A stretch of DNA of 64,000 nt, taken from positions 6,820,001 through 6,884,000 of the forward strand of contig NC_092352.1 of the NCBI RefSeq assembly GCF_963676685.1, read 5' to 3'. The notes under the pieces were generated by a model, which ran no database searches, had not been told where the DNA came from, and saw only the letters and a program-made list of their open reading frames with translations. This DNA is from Mytilus edulis (Eukaryota). How positions within the stretch are numbered: the stretch's first letter is position 1; every line of letters begins with the position of its first letter. Positions 12,999-26,853 of the stretch are shown in pieces. A program made the translations under genes and the position numbers.

Positions 12999-13496
12999 GA
13001 AAAACACTGAAGAATATTTTCTATCAAATGATAAAAGGTGTTAGATTCATCACAAGTAAAGAATTTTGGTGTGTGCCTGAATATATTGCGAGAGGAAATT
13101 TAGACCAGTGTCAAGTTAAAAATAAAGTGTAAAGTTCAAACAACTAATCAGAACATTTACGTATATAAAACTATAGATGGAATATGTCTACTATTATGTT
13201 TTTATTGGTAACATAATACTCTCTCTAATGATATTATTGTATTCATTTGTACTTCAGATTTCAACTTAATATTTTTTATACAGCATATAGTTATATATTC
13301 TACAGCTTAAGCTACCTTCAATGGCTACTTGTAGTAGAGCATACATTTAGACTCTCTTTTCCGAATTATATGTCATTCTCTCCTTTTCTTGTTCAAATTG
13401 CTGTTTATACTGTTTATTGCCACACAGGGTTTGTTATTGTGTGATTTGCGTTTTCTACAATTCGTCTAGTACACCAAAGAAAGTATATCTGCACAT

Positions 13497-14792
13497 AAAA
13501 TGACCAGATGCTCCGCAGGTCGCAGTTTTATACGACCGCAGAGATCGAACCCTGAACAGTTGGTGCAAGTATGGACACAACATTTAACTTTGATACAGCT
13601 CTGAATTTGGATTGTGATTAAATAGTTGACACAACATAGGTTTCTGACACAGAATGAATGTGGTCTAAGAACTAAAACTTAAAAACTTAAAATGTTTAAA
13701 TTGGACATTTACCTATTATGGTCCAATATCCAAAATCTAAATACATGGTTAGATGCAGCATATCATAGAACCCTAAGAATTCAATTTTTGATGAAATCAA
13801 ATAATGTTCAATTTTAGACCCTTTAGACCTCAATGTGGACCAATTTGATAACCAGGCCCAAATATTAAAAATCTAAATACATGGTTAGATTCAGCATATT
13901 GAAGAACCTCAAGAATTCAATTTTTGTTAAAATCAAACGAAGTTTAATTTTGGACCCCGATTTGGACCAACTTGAAAACTGGGCCCATAATAAAAAATCT
14001 AAGTACATGTTTAGATTCAGCATATCAAAGGACCCCAAGAATTAAATTTTTGTTAAAATCAAACTAAGTTTAATTTTGGACCCTTTGGAACTTAATGTAG
14101 ACCAATTTGAAAACAGGACCCAAAAATTAAAAATCTAAATACACGGTTAGATTTAGCATATCAAAGAACTCCAATTGTTCAATTGTTTATGAAATCAAAC
14201 GAAGATTAATTTTGGACCCTTTTGGCCCCTTATTCCTAAACTGTTGGGACCAAAACTCCCAAAATCAATCCAAACATTCCTTTTGTGGTCATAAACCTTG
14301 TGTTAAAATTTAATAGATTTCTATTTACTTATACTAAAGTTATTGTGCAAAAACCAAATAAAATGCTTATTCGGGACCTTTTTTGGCCCCTAATTCCTAC
14401 ACTATTGGGACCAAAACTCCCAAAATCAATCCAAACATTCCTTTTGTGGTCATAAACCTTGTGTTAAAATTTAATAGATTTCTATTTACTTATACTAAAG
14501 TTATTGTGCAAAAACCAAATAAAATGCTTATTTGGGCCCTTTTTGGCCCCTTATTCTTACAAAAGAGGGACGAAAGATACCAAAGCGACAGTCAAACTCA
14601 TAAAATTAAACTGTTGGGACTTAAACTCCCAAAATCAATCCCAACCTCCCTTATACGGTCATAAACCTTGTGTTTAAATTTCATAGATTTCTATTTACTT
14701 ATACTAAAGTTAAACCAAATGTCTTCGGACGACGACGACGTCATACCAATATTCGACCCAAAAAATTTCAATTTTTGAGGTCATACAAAAAT
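13497..14792. mobile_element. HINE-like satellite-carrying element, duplicate copy
   Basis: Near-identical to 2271-3566. Confidence 0.65.
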
Positions 14793-15405
14793 AAGATGTG
14801 GCAAGATTGTCGAAGAGACGATGAAACAAAATTCCACCCTCGACCAAATGATGTAGAAATTAGCAAATATAAGTCACTGTAAGCCTTTACCAATGATCAA
14901 AACCTGACGAAAATGTTACACAATTCTAAAGAAAAAAATAATTGCCTGATTCATCTACAAACAATGAATAAAAAACAAATATTATGCTTAATTTTCAACT
15001 ATAGAAGCATGTAACCATCCACAACACAAGCACATTAAAACACACAGCCGAATTAGCCAAAGCCAGTTCAACGCATAAAGTGATGTCACAAATGATTTCG
15101 CAAAAAATAAGATAGAATTAGGATGGAATTCAAGATTAGATTTGTAAGACTTATATAACATTTATTAATAACAATGAAAATTTCATTACTAATTATTTAT
15201 ACTAAAAATAAAGTAATTAGTATCAAATTGTGGTAGTAATTAGATAATTATTTGTATAATCTTGCAATGTCGGTGTTTCTTCGGGAACAATCTGTGAACC
15301 AAATATATCGTATAAATTTCGTTGATCCAAACTAAAATTTAATAAATAAACTGTTTTTATCTTAACACACTAATACAACAGAAAAAAATAAGATTTACAA
15401 CTACA

Positions 15406-17436
15406 TACGACATTCTTATTAAAGACTGGATATTTGAAATTTTTAAAGTTTCAGTGATTGACAAGTCGGGTGACGGAGTTCTCGGACTTAAACTAGAAAG
15501 TCGTTCTACAAATTTTAATTTCTTAGTGTTCTCATGCTATTTACCTTCAGAAAATTCTAATAGAGGACGTGACGCCCAGAGCTTTTTTGCACATTTGCTT
15601 ACTCAAATGTATATGAACTGCGATAGTGATGGTATTTTCCTACTTGGTGATTTTAATTCGCGGATCGGATCCATGTCTGAAATGCTGTTTGAAGCCGACG
15701 AAATTACAAAAAGGAACCAAATAGATAATTGTGTAAACCAGCATGGCCACGAACTTATAGAATTTCTAAATGAATCAAAAAGTGGTGTACTGAACGGTAG
15801 ATTTGCCGACGGGGATATTTATAATTCTATATCGAAGAAAAGGTAAAGCGGTAGTTGACTTTATATGTGTCCCCACCAGGACATGTTTACAGATGTTATA
15901 TACTTTCGAGTGTTAACGGTCCAATCAATTGTCGATGACTTTAAATTACATGATCTTATAGGAAGCAAATCAAAATTACCTGATCATTCAGCTATTGTGT
16001 CGGAATTCAATATTACGCGTCACTGCCTCGCAACACAGACAAAAGATACACGTAGATCTTGTTCTCGTTTTAAACTCAATCAGATCCCGTTAGATTTTAT
16101 GACCAGTGATATTAAACGTACTGCCTTATTGAATTTAATAGAAAAGATTGAACGTTGCAGAGAAACTCAGGACAATGTTGATAAAATTTACACCGAATTG
16201 TGCTCAATTATTTTTTCGGAAATGACAGACAAAATCCCGAAAGTTGAAATTAATGGATCAAAGAAACGCTTTAAGCAGAAAAAACCGTATTGGAATGGCC
16301 AATTAATGGACCTCTGGAACAAAATGACAATCAAGGAGAAAAGTTTACTCGATGGAAAGGTACAAATCGTAAAATTAGAGAGGGATTACGGAACAACTAT
16401 ATACAAGCACGAGATATGTTTGATAAAACATTGCGGTGAACTGAGCGAGCTTAAAGGAGAATGAAAGCTGTAGATATTGAATCGATGACTACGAAGAATC
16501 CTGATGACTTTTGGGAGAAAATTCGAAACCTTGGTCCGAGAAATTCGAAAAGTATACCAGTTGAAATTGTCGATGAATTGGGAAATATTGTAAAAGATGA
16601 ACTGTTGGTGTTTGATAAATGACGAATAGACTTTGAAAATTTATACAACATACATCAGAAGCAACAGTGACGAGTTTGATGATGAACATTAGGACCGTGT
16701 AAAGTCTCATAAGTACCAATTAGAATCTAATATGCAGGACCAACTATTTGCTCCGAATGAATATTTGAATCGCAACATTACTCTAGATGAAGTTAACAGT
16801 ATCGTTATGCACGCCAAATCAAAGTCTGCGAGTGGTTTCGATGAAATCCGATACAGTGTTATGAGATTCCCTGTAGTGATTGAGACATTATTACAGCTGT
16901 TTCAGCTCATTTTGGACACTAGTCTTATACTATCAATTTTGAGGAAAGCTGTCATTTGTCCTATACTAAAGGATACTTCATCAAATACACGGCTGCCTAT
17001 GAACTACAGAGGTGTTAGTCTGCTATCATGTATAAGCAAACTGTATAGTGCTTTCATTAACAAGCGAATTACGCATTATTTAGAAAATCAGGATATACTC
17101 GCAGACGAACAGAACGGCTTCAGAAAAAATCAATCTAGTGAGGATCACATTTACACGCCGAACAGTATTGTCCGTAACAATAAGTCTCTTCTTTGTGCGT
17201 TTATTGATCTTAGAAAATGTTTTGACTCCATAGACAGTGATATGATGCTGTATAAACTACTCATTCACAACATTGACGGCAAACTGTACAACTCTGTGAA
17301 AAGCATCTATCAGAATTCTGAATCTTGTGTCCGATTCAATGGCAAACTTACACGCTGGTTTGACTGTAAATTCGGAGTGAAACAGGGGGACAATTTATCC
17401 CCGACACTTTTCTCAATATTTATCAATGATCTAGTA
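15406..17436 (+). mobile_element. Decayed LINE ORF2 fragment (APE + RT), copy 2
   Basis: Same motifs as copy 1, including NYRGVSLL and FIDLRKCFDSI; retains 16118-16191, which copy 1 lacks. Confidence 0.9.
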
Positions 17437-20400
17437 AATTTAGACAAAGTAATTTTTTTACTTGTGATTTTAATGTCCTCTTGTTATCTGATAATTTTAT
17501 CTTTTAATGAGACTCAATTTCAATAGACAAATTTCGAGTTCGATGCATTTCCGTCAAAAACTTAAGGGGGTCATCACTTCAATTCCAATGTTGAGCGAGT
17601 CGTTGGAAAACTATAATTTTATATAGCATGAATTATTCTTCAAATTGAATTCTCATAATTGACAATCAGCGCTACTGTCATTAGGGAATTGTGATTAAGT
17701 ACCTACAGAACAAACATTATTTCTAGTTTATCCTGCACAATGACAATCACTAAGACGCAGCGGCATGATAAACGTTAAAAATGTAGTGAAACAGGCGATC
17801 CCCTCTATCTGGTAAATGAAGTCATAAAAGCACGCATAATTGACGAGTTTTTTTCTGGTGACGGACAAACTCAAAAGTGGTCTATTGTTAAAGTGGTAAT
17901 CATATGATTATTTTGCTCCTTAAAAAATGCTCTTCTGAGTCGGACCAAGGCTTCCAAAATTTCCTGACGACAGCCAGACATTTTACAAAGAAATATTTTT
18001 GACGGTCAATGATTAGCTGAATACTTAAATGTAACTGAGAGGATGCATAAGATATATGTGCATATTATCCTCGGTATTGTGTCATTTTTCTGTGTATCGT
18101 TATACAGGAACCATCATTGCATCAGTCAGCTTCAGTACCGGGCTTTTCTCATGTTTTTGTTTTTGTTTAAATAATCTATCTTCTCTCTGTGAGTACTCCA
18201 CACTTTGTTAATTAAGGCCATCTTATTTGAAACTGTTGATGACAACTGGCTTTAAATGTAGTACAACTTGATACACGTGATACTTTTCTTTTTGTGTATT
18301 GATTACCTGACCACGTGACTTTTACAACTGATGCGGTATTTATAGATAACATTGAGGAGGCCTAATGAAGGATATTGTTTTAAACCATGTAAAATCTACT
18401 GAACAGTGTTTACATTTTTCTTTGTACACGTTTGCCCATGACGGCAGATTTATAAAGTTCAATTTCAAACAAGTCTTTATAAGAGTCATTTTTTTAATAT
18501 TAAAACAAGAATATTCATAGGACAAGTCAGCTTGGTATACCCAAGCGAAGCTATTCTTGGTGTTTTTACTATATATTTCAATTAAATTTCCCCTTTAAAG
18601 TGCCCCAGTATTTAACACGATGTACAGTGTTAAATAAATAATACATATCTGATATCATACTTATTCATTTATAAATATACTTATTTGAAGAATAACTTAC
18701 CCTTCCGGATCACCTGAGATCACCCCTAGTTTTTGGTGGGGTTCGTGTTGTTTATTCTTTAGTTTTCTATGTTGTGTCATGTGTACTATTGTTTTTCTGT
18801 TTGTCTTTTTTCATTTTTAGCCCTGGCGTTGTCAGTTTGTTTTAGATTTATGAGTTTGACTGTCCCTTTGGTATCTTTCGTCCCTCTTTTAAATATTAGG
18901 AAACTTTGTTAAACTGATTGCTAATTTGAAATAATATATATAAAGTGTAATTAAATAAGATGCTCCGTACACGCTTACATATTTGACCTCGTTACCTGAT
19001 CACCTTTATGTACATTGTTATGCATCATTAGTTCTATTGATAAAGACAAGCTAAGAACACCTCATCAAAGGTAACAAACATGTAATCAGTGAATGATTTA
19101 TGGCTTCAATATAACTTATTGAGGGATAATTGTTTGACAGCTTGTTGTTATTTAAATAAAAGAAAACTTGTTTTTTCTACTTTTTATTGATGTACACAAG
19201 CTAAGGATCAAGCCGTACATTTATGTACCCAGATGATTAGACTTCTTGAGACACTTCAAAGTATCTTAAATATGCTGCATCTGTTGTAATAAACCCAATT
19301 ATGACCAAAATATCTTTCTGAAATAGTATGCCAAAGCGGACATGTCCAAAACCCAAACGAACAATTTTAATGATCGATAGTTGGTCAAAATTGAAATGAC
19401 CGTTTTATGAAATATGCCTTGAATAACAAAAAGTGGCAAACCAATTCTATCTGACCGTTTGAGGCTGAGAGCAGCCGGACTTTTTATGAAAGTTTCGATC
19501 ATGTCTGGAATATATGACCGTTTTGGAAGCCTTATTTTTGACTTAAAGTAGCAATTTAAGATTCTAGATTAACCTAAGTACATCATTGACTATAATATTG
19601 GTTTGAATGACTGATCAATTTTGCAGTTTTTATTTTCTCTATCTCTCTATTTTTATTTACAAGATTATAGCAAAAGGTAACACATGTGTCAAAATAGATT
19701 TTCATAGGCAATTCTCCTATTAAATAAGAAGTATAATAACAATGACAGCTATGATGACTTATTTCTTAGAGTTTGTCTGGCTGATCAACTTTGCTGTTTT
19801 AAGAGTACCTTTTAGGGTCCTATCTGCAATATGGGATGCGTGGTTGCATGGGTGTTTTATTATAACAAAACAAAAGGTATTTATAGTACTTGTATTCATC
19901 CCCTATGTTCTATTTTTAGAAATGCTGTCTGTGTTATTTTGCTGGCAAGTTCAAAACACATATCTTTAACTAGATATTTCAAGAATGGTTAAGGGAAAGT
20001 TTAGTTGCAATCAGCATCACCTTCAATATATTGTAGTTATTGTTAATAAGTTATTGTCCTAAACATGAATGAAATATTTGCCACTGTATCAACAATCGAT
20101 CAATCAGTTCCTGTGATGTGAAGTTCTGACTTTGGTTTGTTTCATTTTTCTTTTTGCACCTATGCTCAGTGCCTTAATATTTTAAAGTTTCTAAATATTT
20201 GTTTATTAGTTTAACAGCAACAAAGATTAATGTAAGCCTACCCACGGCTGGTCAATTAGGCCCATGTGCTCCACTAACTGTAAGATAACCAAAAAAAAAC
20301 CAGTTAAAGGTAACACACAAACACACAATTGTTTAACTTTAGTTAGTTTTCATACTGACCATACATTTGGTGTTCTGGTAATTTTTTTTAAATTTTTCCT

Positions 20401-23400
20401 ATGAATTTTCAAATGTAGTTTTGCACTGTGAATTGTTCTTTCATTCTGAAAAAGTCTGAAGAAATGAAAACCTGGCTAATAACTTTATTTCAACATGATG
20501 TTTAAAACTTGATGTTGCCGCTTATTTGCAATTTTCTAAAAGAAACAATCTGTATATAACCTTCTGTCTGAAAGTGTAAAACATAAGAATATCTAAACAA
20601 GGTATAATGTTGCTATCACATGAAATCAGTCATATATAACAATTACCTTTTTCATTTCAGCTTTATTCAGTGCTGTACCAATCATTATAGACTTTCTACA
20701 TGATGTAGAGGCAAACATCTGACGAACTCTGGATGGACGACACATAACACCCTAACAGTATGTGTTGCAAAAATTCTATACAGTGCATCTTCAAATTATC
20801 ATACATTAAATGGGTAGTAGTGATAAGTTATAGTAACTAAGTCTTGTTAATATGGAAAAACAAGTAGAATCGGTACTATAACATCAATTCACATTTATTT
20901 ATTGATTGACTAAGCAATGTATGATTAAGAAACATGAATTCTTTTGAGGCAATTTAAATGATGAAACAATTCAGAAATAAATATTCTATCACTACCTTAG
21001 TAAGATTAGTCTCAAGAGAAGAATGGACTTCTAAGGTTAAATTAGGGATAAATTTAAGTCATTAGATAATTAATATATAATGGCAGCATATATAACAAAG
21101 CGTGTTACTGACATCTTAATAATCCCTAAGCTGTTTATTTGTGTAGCAATTATAAATGTTCGTCTTTCCTATAACATAATATATAGAAACAATAATCTAT
21201 CTTAAAATATTTTGCAATTTTGTAAACAAATGTAAACTAAACATTAAAAGTATGTTATCCAGGTCTTATCTGGTATCAACTGATACAAGACAGGCAAAAA
21301 GCAAAATCACAAAAATACTGAACTTAGAGGAAAATCAATTCGGAAAGTCCATAATCACATGGCAAAATAAAATAACAAAACGCATTAAAAACGAATGGAC
21401 AAGAACTGTCATATTCCTGACTTGGTACAGGCATTTTCAAATGTAGAAAATACACTGCAGGCCTAAGATAATAAAACTCATCAGTGAAATCGAACTGACA
21501 ATTTCATGGCAAAAAATCAAAAATAACTATACCAGTATGCAAAACAGATGATAGAAAACTAAAGACTTTGAGTCTAGTTAAGTGGTACCATATTTTAGTT
21601 TTTTTGTCAACAACAGAATATACATTTGATCAAAGCCATCACAAAATACATCAGCCTCTAGCCACCATCACTGACAGTGGCTAGGACAATTCTCTGGGCA
21701 AGAGCAAATGCACTGCAGTCTGGATCTCATGAGAAGTGATGGAAAATGTTTCGTTGTAGTCAATAGGACATGAATACACGTAGAGCAGGATATTCTTACC
21801 CTTCCAGAGAACTCGAGATCATGACAGTTTATTGTAGGGTTCGTGTTGCTTAGTGTTTAGTTTTCTATCTTGTGTTTTATGAACTGTTATTTGTCTGTTT
21901 GCCCTTATCTTTTTTAGCCATGGCATTGTCAGTTTATATTCAATTGATGAGATTGAATGTCCCTCTGGTATCTTTGATCCCTGTGTTCCCTTTTTAATTA
22001 ACCAATTGTATCTAAATTGAACATATACTCACATGTGAATCTGTTAGCATAAAGATCAGTTCCTCTATATCTGTAAATGATTACACTTGAAAAAACAATA
22101 TCTGTTGCAAGCTCTCATGTGTTTTTGATAATAAAAAAATAATTGGAACAAGAAACTCCAAGATTGCATGCATTATTCGACTATTGTCATTGCCTCAAAT
22201 TTATAACCAAATCACAAAGATTGTTTTTAAAATTAACCACAAGTTTCTGTTCAATTCAACAACATATGGTCTGTATTGGCTCTCAAGGTTAAATAAATAG
22301 CTAGGGTCATGCTAATTCTAAACAGTTGAAATGAAATATGGTTAGTCTTGTATGATCTTTAATTTAAGTTTCTTGTGATTAATTTGGAGTTCAGTATGAT
22401 GTCCAGTATCACTGAACTAATATACATATTTGTTCAGGGGCTAGCTGAAGGACTTCTCTGTGTGCAGGAGTGTCTCACTGCATTGAACCAATTGGTGGCC
22501 TTCGACTGCTATCTGCTCTTTGGTCGGGTGGTTGTCTCTTTGACACATTCCCCATTTCCATTCTCAATTTTATTTTATTTTTAAATTTATTGATTGCAAT
22601 AATGAACACTGCTAAACATTATGTCATTATTATGTAAAGATACTCATTGAATTTTTTTTGCAAAACTCGGAATAAGACAATAATGAAAAACTGTTTGATT
22701 TTTTATCTATAAGTTTTTAAGATTGATGTTTTTGCAAAAAAATATACTCCTATTAAACCAGATGTCAAATCAACCAATAATTCGCATTTAAAGTTAAGAT
22801 ACATTGCAGTTACATGATTGTGCAAAAATATATAGAATTGTCCACTAAATAATAAGGGACTGCTCAAACATTTCTAAAACCAATAAGCAATTACTAATGG
22901 GCTGGTCAAAAGCAGCCTCAATACAAATGGAATGCACCAATGTTAAATCTACAGAAAAATTATATGCATTCATTGAAGACATTGAAATCAACATCTTATT
23001 AACTGACTAGTCTAACTTTCTTTTGTTGTTGTAAAATAATATTTTCAAATAGAATACTTTTAACAACATGTAAAATATTACTGACTATAAACCATCTTTT
23101 CCAAATGTCACTACCTGGTGTAGAAATTAACTTTACTCTCTATGTAGGATCACCTGTCAACACAATTATATATCTATACTTATCTGTGATCAATGATAAA
23201 AATATCATTTTTGTTTTTTACAAAATGTCTCAAGTCTTTGAATACATCAAAGTAGAAAAATATACAAGGTTATATTTTGAGAGTACAATTTATTTTTGTA
23301 ATGTGGAAAAAGTAAAGTTTTCATACTGCTGTATTGAATTCTTGAGGGATTATTAACACAATAATAATAAGGACATACAAACAAATATTTTGTAACCTTG

Positions 23401-23778
23401 AACTTTTTAAATACAGAATACTTTTACTTTTATTATACATGTCCATCCAACGCTCAGTAATTCTAGCATTTGTTGTATTTATTTGTTTTTAATAAACCAG
23501 ACTTACTGTCAATAAAACAAATTATCGGAATTGATTATAACCTTGTTCATCCACAATAAAATAAAATCCATTCTTTCTGAAAACCTCTATACTCTCCATT
23601 AGTATAATCTCATTACTGGATGTCAGCTCTAGACTCTATGGACTACAACACGAAGAATAAGGTAAATTATTTGTGAACTCTTTTATCCAGAATTTACTAT
23701 AACATTTTCAATTCATTTAAAAAGCACTAGTTGATAGAAATTATATAAATCAAAGCACATAACATATATAATGTTTAA

Positions 23779-25387
23779 GATAAAGCCCTAGACAATATCG
23801 TTTTTGTGTGTAAAACTCATTACATTAACTGCTTGATAAACAAATTAGGTATTGACACTTCACTTGGAAACTCAACATATACCCTCACGACACTTACCAG
23901 GAGGAAATCCTGGATAATCATAGGTCTGTTCTGTGTTCCTTTGGAATTTTAACCAAAGATGACGAACTGGATCTTCTATCACTGTATTGGATACCTAAAC
24001 TACATAAGTGTTTTTACAAAAAACGGTATATTGCTGAGTCTTCCAACTGCTGCACGAAACCTCTTTCTAAATTATTAACATCTATTGTATCAGCAATCAA
24101 AGACGAGCTTCAAAGTTATTGTGAAACGGCCTATGCTAGAGGTGGTGTGAATCAGATGTGGATACTTAAAAATTCCAAAGACCTTTTAGAGAACATGCAA
24201 TCTTACTCTCTTTCATCTTGCAATAGTATTAAAACTTTTGACTTTTCTACACTTTTCACAAGTACTCCACATTCAAAACTAAAAGACAAATTGAAAGAGT
24301 TGGTATTACTTTGTTTCATAAAAAAGAATGGCCAACGTAGATACTAGTATCTTGTCTTAGGGAGGGATACATTGTTCTTTGTTAAGGATCACTCTGATTC
24401 AAACAATAATATCTCTGAAACTGACACTATCAAGATGCTTCATTTTTTGACTGACAGCATATTTGTTACGTTCGGAGGACGTGTTTTTCAACAGACTGTC
24501 GGCGTTCCAATGGTAACCAGTTGTGCTCCTTTTCCTATCGACTTGTTTCTTTATTATGATGAGGCTGACTTCATACAGAAACTTCTTTGGAAGAAAGGTA
24601 AGAAATTAGCAATATCCTTTAACTCCACTGTCCGCTATATAGATGACGTTCTTTCACTAAATAATTCAAAATTTGGTGAACGCATCTATCCAATTGAACT
24701 AGAGATAAAGAATACAACATATACAGTTAAGTCGGCCTAATATATTGACATACATCTGGAAATTGACAGTTAAGGTCGGTTGAAAACAAAACTTTACGAC
24801 AAAAGAGATGATTTCAGCTTTCCAATTGTGAACTTTCCATTTCTACGTAGCAACTTTACAGCAGCACCTGCATACGTGGTATATATCTCCCAATTGGTAC
24901 GATATTCCCGTGCTTGCATCTCCTATCATGCTTTTGCTGCTCACAAGGAAGCTATTAAACCAAGAGTTCCATATGGTGAAGTTAGAATCATCCCTTCGTA
25001 AATTTTACGGACGCCATCATGAGTTAGTTGACCGTTATGGAATAACCGTTTTACAAATAATATCAGATATTTTCCTTATGTCGTAACTACAATCCCCTTC
25101 CCTTTCATGAATGTGACCTACCGAATAAGACGATTTACCGGGTTTGTAACAACATATGCAACACGACGGGTGCCACATGTGGAGCCGGATCTGCTTACCC
25201 TTCCGGAGCACTTAAAATCACCCCTAGTTTTTGGTGGGGTTCGTGTTGCTTATTCTTTAGTTTTCTATGTTGTGGCATGTGTTCTATTGTTTGTCTGTTT
25301 GTCTTCTTTCATTTTTAACCAGGCGTTGTCAGTTTATTTTCCATTTATTAGTTTGACTGTCCCTCTAGTATCTTTCGTCCCTCTCTT
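23779..25387 (+). mobile_element. 5'-truncated, decayed Penelope-like retroelement (RT; Naiad-like because no C-terminal GIY-YIG follows)
   Basis: Starts at DKALDNIVFVCK; contains YWIPKLHK, KTFDFSTLFT, FQQTVGVPM, RYIDDVL and LYDKRDDF.FPIVNFPF. Stops and frameshifts; its 3' non-coding end is repeated elsewhere in the window. Confidence 0.88.
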
Positions 25388-25399
25388 ATATATAAACTA

Positions 25400-25805
25400 T
25401 TACTTTTTTTGATTGAGTTAAGCGATTCCAATTGATATTTTATAGTGTCTTTCTATGTTGTGATGTTACACTATTGTTTCTGAAGGGTGAAGGTTGGTAT
25501 CTATTAAAACGTTCAATCCCAAAGCAAATGTTTGCACCTGTCCTAAGTCAGGAATCAGATGTTCTGTAGTTGTCGTTTGTTGATGTGGTTCATACGTGTT
25601 TCTTGTTTCTTGTTTTTTTTTTTATCGATTAGTATGAATGGTTTTACACTAGTAAATTTTTGAATGCCCTTTATAGCTTGCTGTTCCGTGTCAGCCAATG
25701 CTCCGTGTTGAAGACCGTACCTTGACTTATAGCGGCTTACTTTTATAAATTGTGACTTGGATGGAGAGTTTTCTCATTGACACTCATACCACATCTTCCT
25801 TTATC
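25400..25805 (+). mobile_element. Short interspersed non-coding element with a degenerate twister-P5-like fold (25479-25559)
   Basis: Collinear with 26150-26600: shared CCTGTCCYAAGTCAGGA, GTTGTCGTTTG, TTGAAG(A/G)CCGTAC and CATACCACATCTTC end. Confidence 0.75.
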
Positions 25806-26149
25806 TATATAAAGTATGCTGGAAAGGAAGAGTTAGGTACTCAGTTGGTGCATATATTTAAAAGCAAGCACACAAGTTGTTTTTATTGCAATGGAAATAA
25901 AATAAGGGGTCACTATACCATAAGAGGTAGATAACTTTGTTGCCCTAGGATTCTTACTTCACTTCACAAATTTCAGTAAAATTCCCAAAGGTGCCTCCTT
26001 CACCCCGTTAATTGACATATTTAATTCACACCTTACCATTGAAATAAGTCTTTTCTCCAAAATTAAAATAGATAAATAGAGTATTGATTATATCTGGTAA
26101 CAAGTAAGAAACGGGCAAAGTGAGGTCATGGTCATATGAACCTTACCAG

Positions 26150-26600
26150 TACCCGGCCACATCCACATGTATTTTTGTCCATCTGATGAGTTTAACCTTT
26201 TTCAACTGATTTTTATAGCTCTTTCTTATGTTGTACTGTTATACCACTGTCACAGGTTAGGGGAAGGGTTAGGATCCCGCTAACATGTTTAACCCCGCCA
26301 CATTATTTATGTATGTGCCTGTCCCAAGTCAGGAGCCTGTAATTCAGTGGTTGTCGTTTGTGTATGTGTTACATATTTGTTTTTCGCTCATTTGTTTTTT
26401 ATATAAATAAGGCTGTTAGTTTTCTCGTTTCAATTGTTTTACATTGTCATTTCGGGGCCTTTTATATCTGACTATGCGGTATGGGCTTTGCTCATTGTTG
26501 AAGGCCGTACGGTGACCCATAGTTGTTAATGTCTGTGTCATTTTGGTCTCTTGTGGACAGTTGTCTCATTGGCAATTATACCACATCTTCTTTTTTATAC
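26150..26600 (+). mobile_element. Short interspersed non-coding element containing a twister-P5-like ribozyme fold
   Basis: Related decayed copies in reverse orientation at ~46790-47110 and ~3565-3760. Confidence 0.75.
26244..26350 (+). ncRNA. Type-P5 twister ribozyme-like fold (catalytic G position appears to be A in this copy)
   Basis: U^AA-CCCC-GC-P3(CACAU/AUGUG)-P4(CCUG-UCCCAAGU-CAGG)-A-P5(GCCUGU pairing ACAGGU); upstream GGGG-A-A-GGG supplies P2' and the CCC/GGG pseudoknot. Confidence 0.72.
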
Positions 26601-26809
26601 TTAAGTTTGCCAAACAGATATGTACACCTTTCATTTATTCAATACACCAAATATAAATCACTTTATGTTCACATGTTCAGTATCCGATAAATGGAAAAGA
26701 AAACATTAAAAACTTTACATTGACCAATGAAACATGACAATGAGGTTATGGTCATATGAAAACTGCCCAATAAACTCATCAATGATATCAGGATTAAAAT
26801 TTTATATTT

Positions 26810-26853
26810 ACGCAAGACGCGCGTTTCGTCTACAAAAGACTCATCAGTGACGT
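26810..26853 (-). ncRNA. Minimal type I hammerhead ribozyme (second family)
   Basis: Minus strand ACGUCA-CUGAUGA-GUC(UUUUGUA)GAC-GAAA-C(GCGC)G-UC^UUGCGU; one mismatch in helix I. Confidence 0.82.

Larger units (their letters stand above)
424..22634 (+). repeat. Tandem segmental duplication, unit ~11.3 kb (424-11339 visible part of copy 1; 11340-22634 copy 2)
   Basis: Near-identical sequence at an offset of 11235 rising to 11295; all ORFs repeat (514/11749, 4218/15454, 9955/21252). Shared sequence ends at ATGTCATTATTATG (11326-11339 = 22621-22634). Confidence 0.97.

Noticed and set aside
26466-26522. SECIS element (tandem UGA/UGA)
   Set aside because: Lacks the RUGA context and the apical AA, and no UGA-containing ORF is linked.
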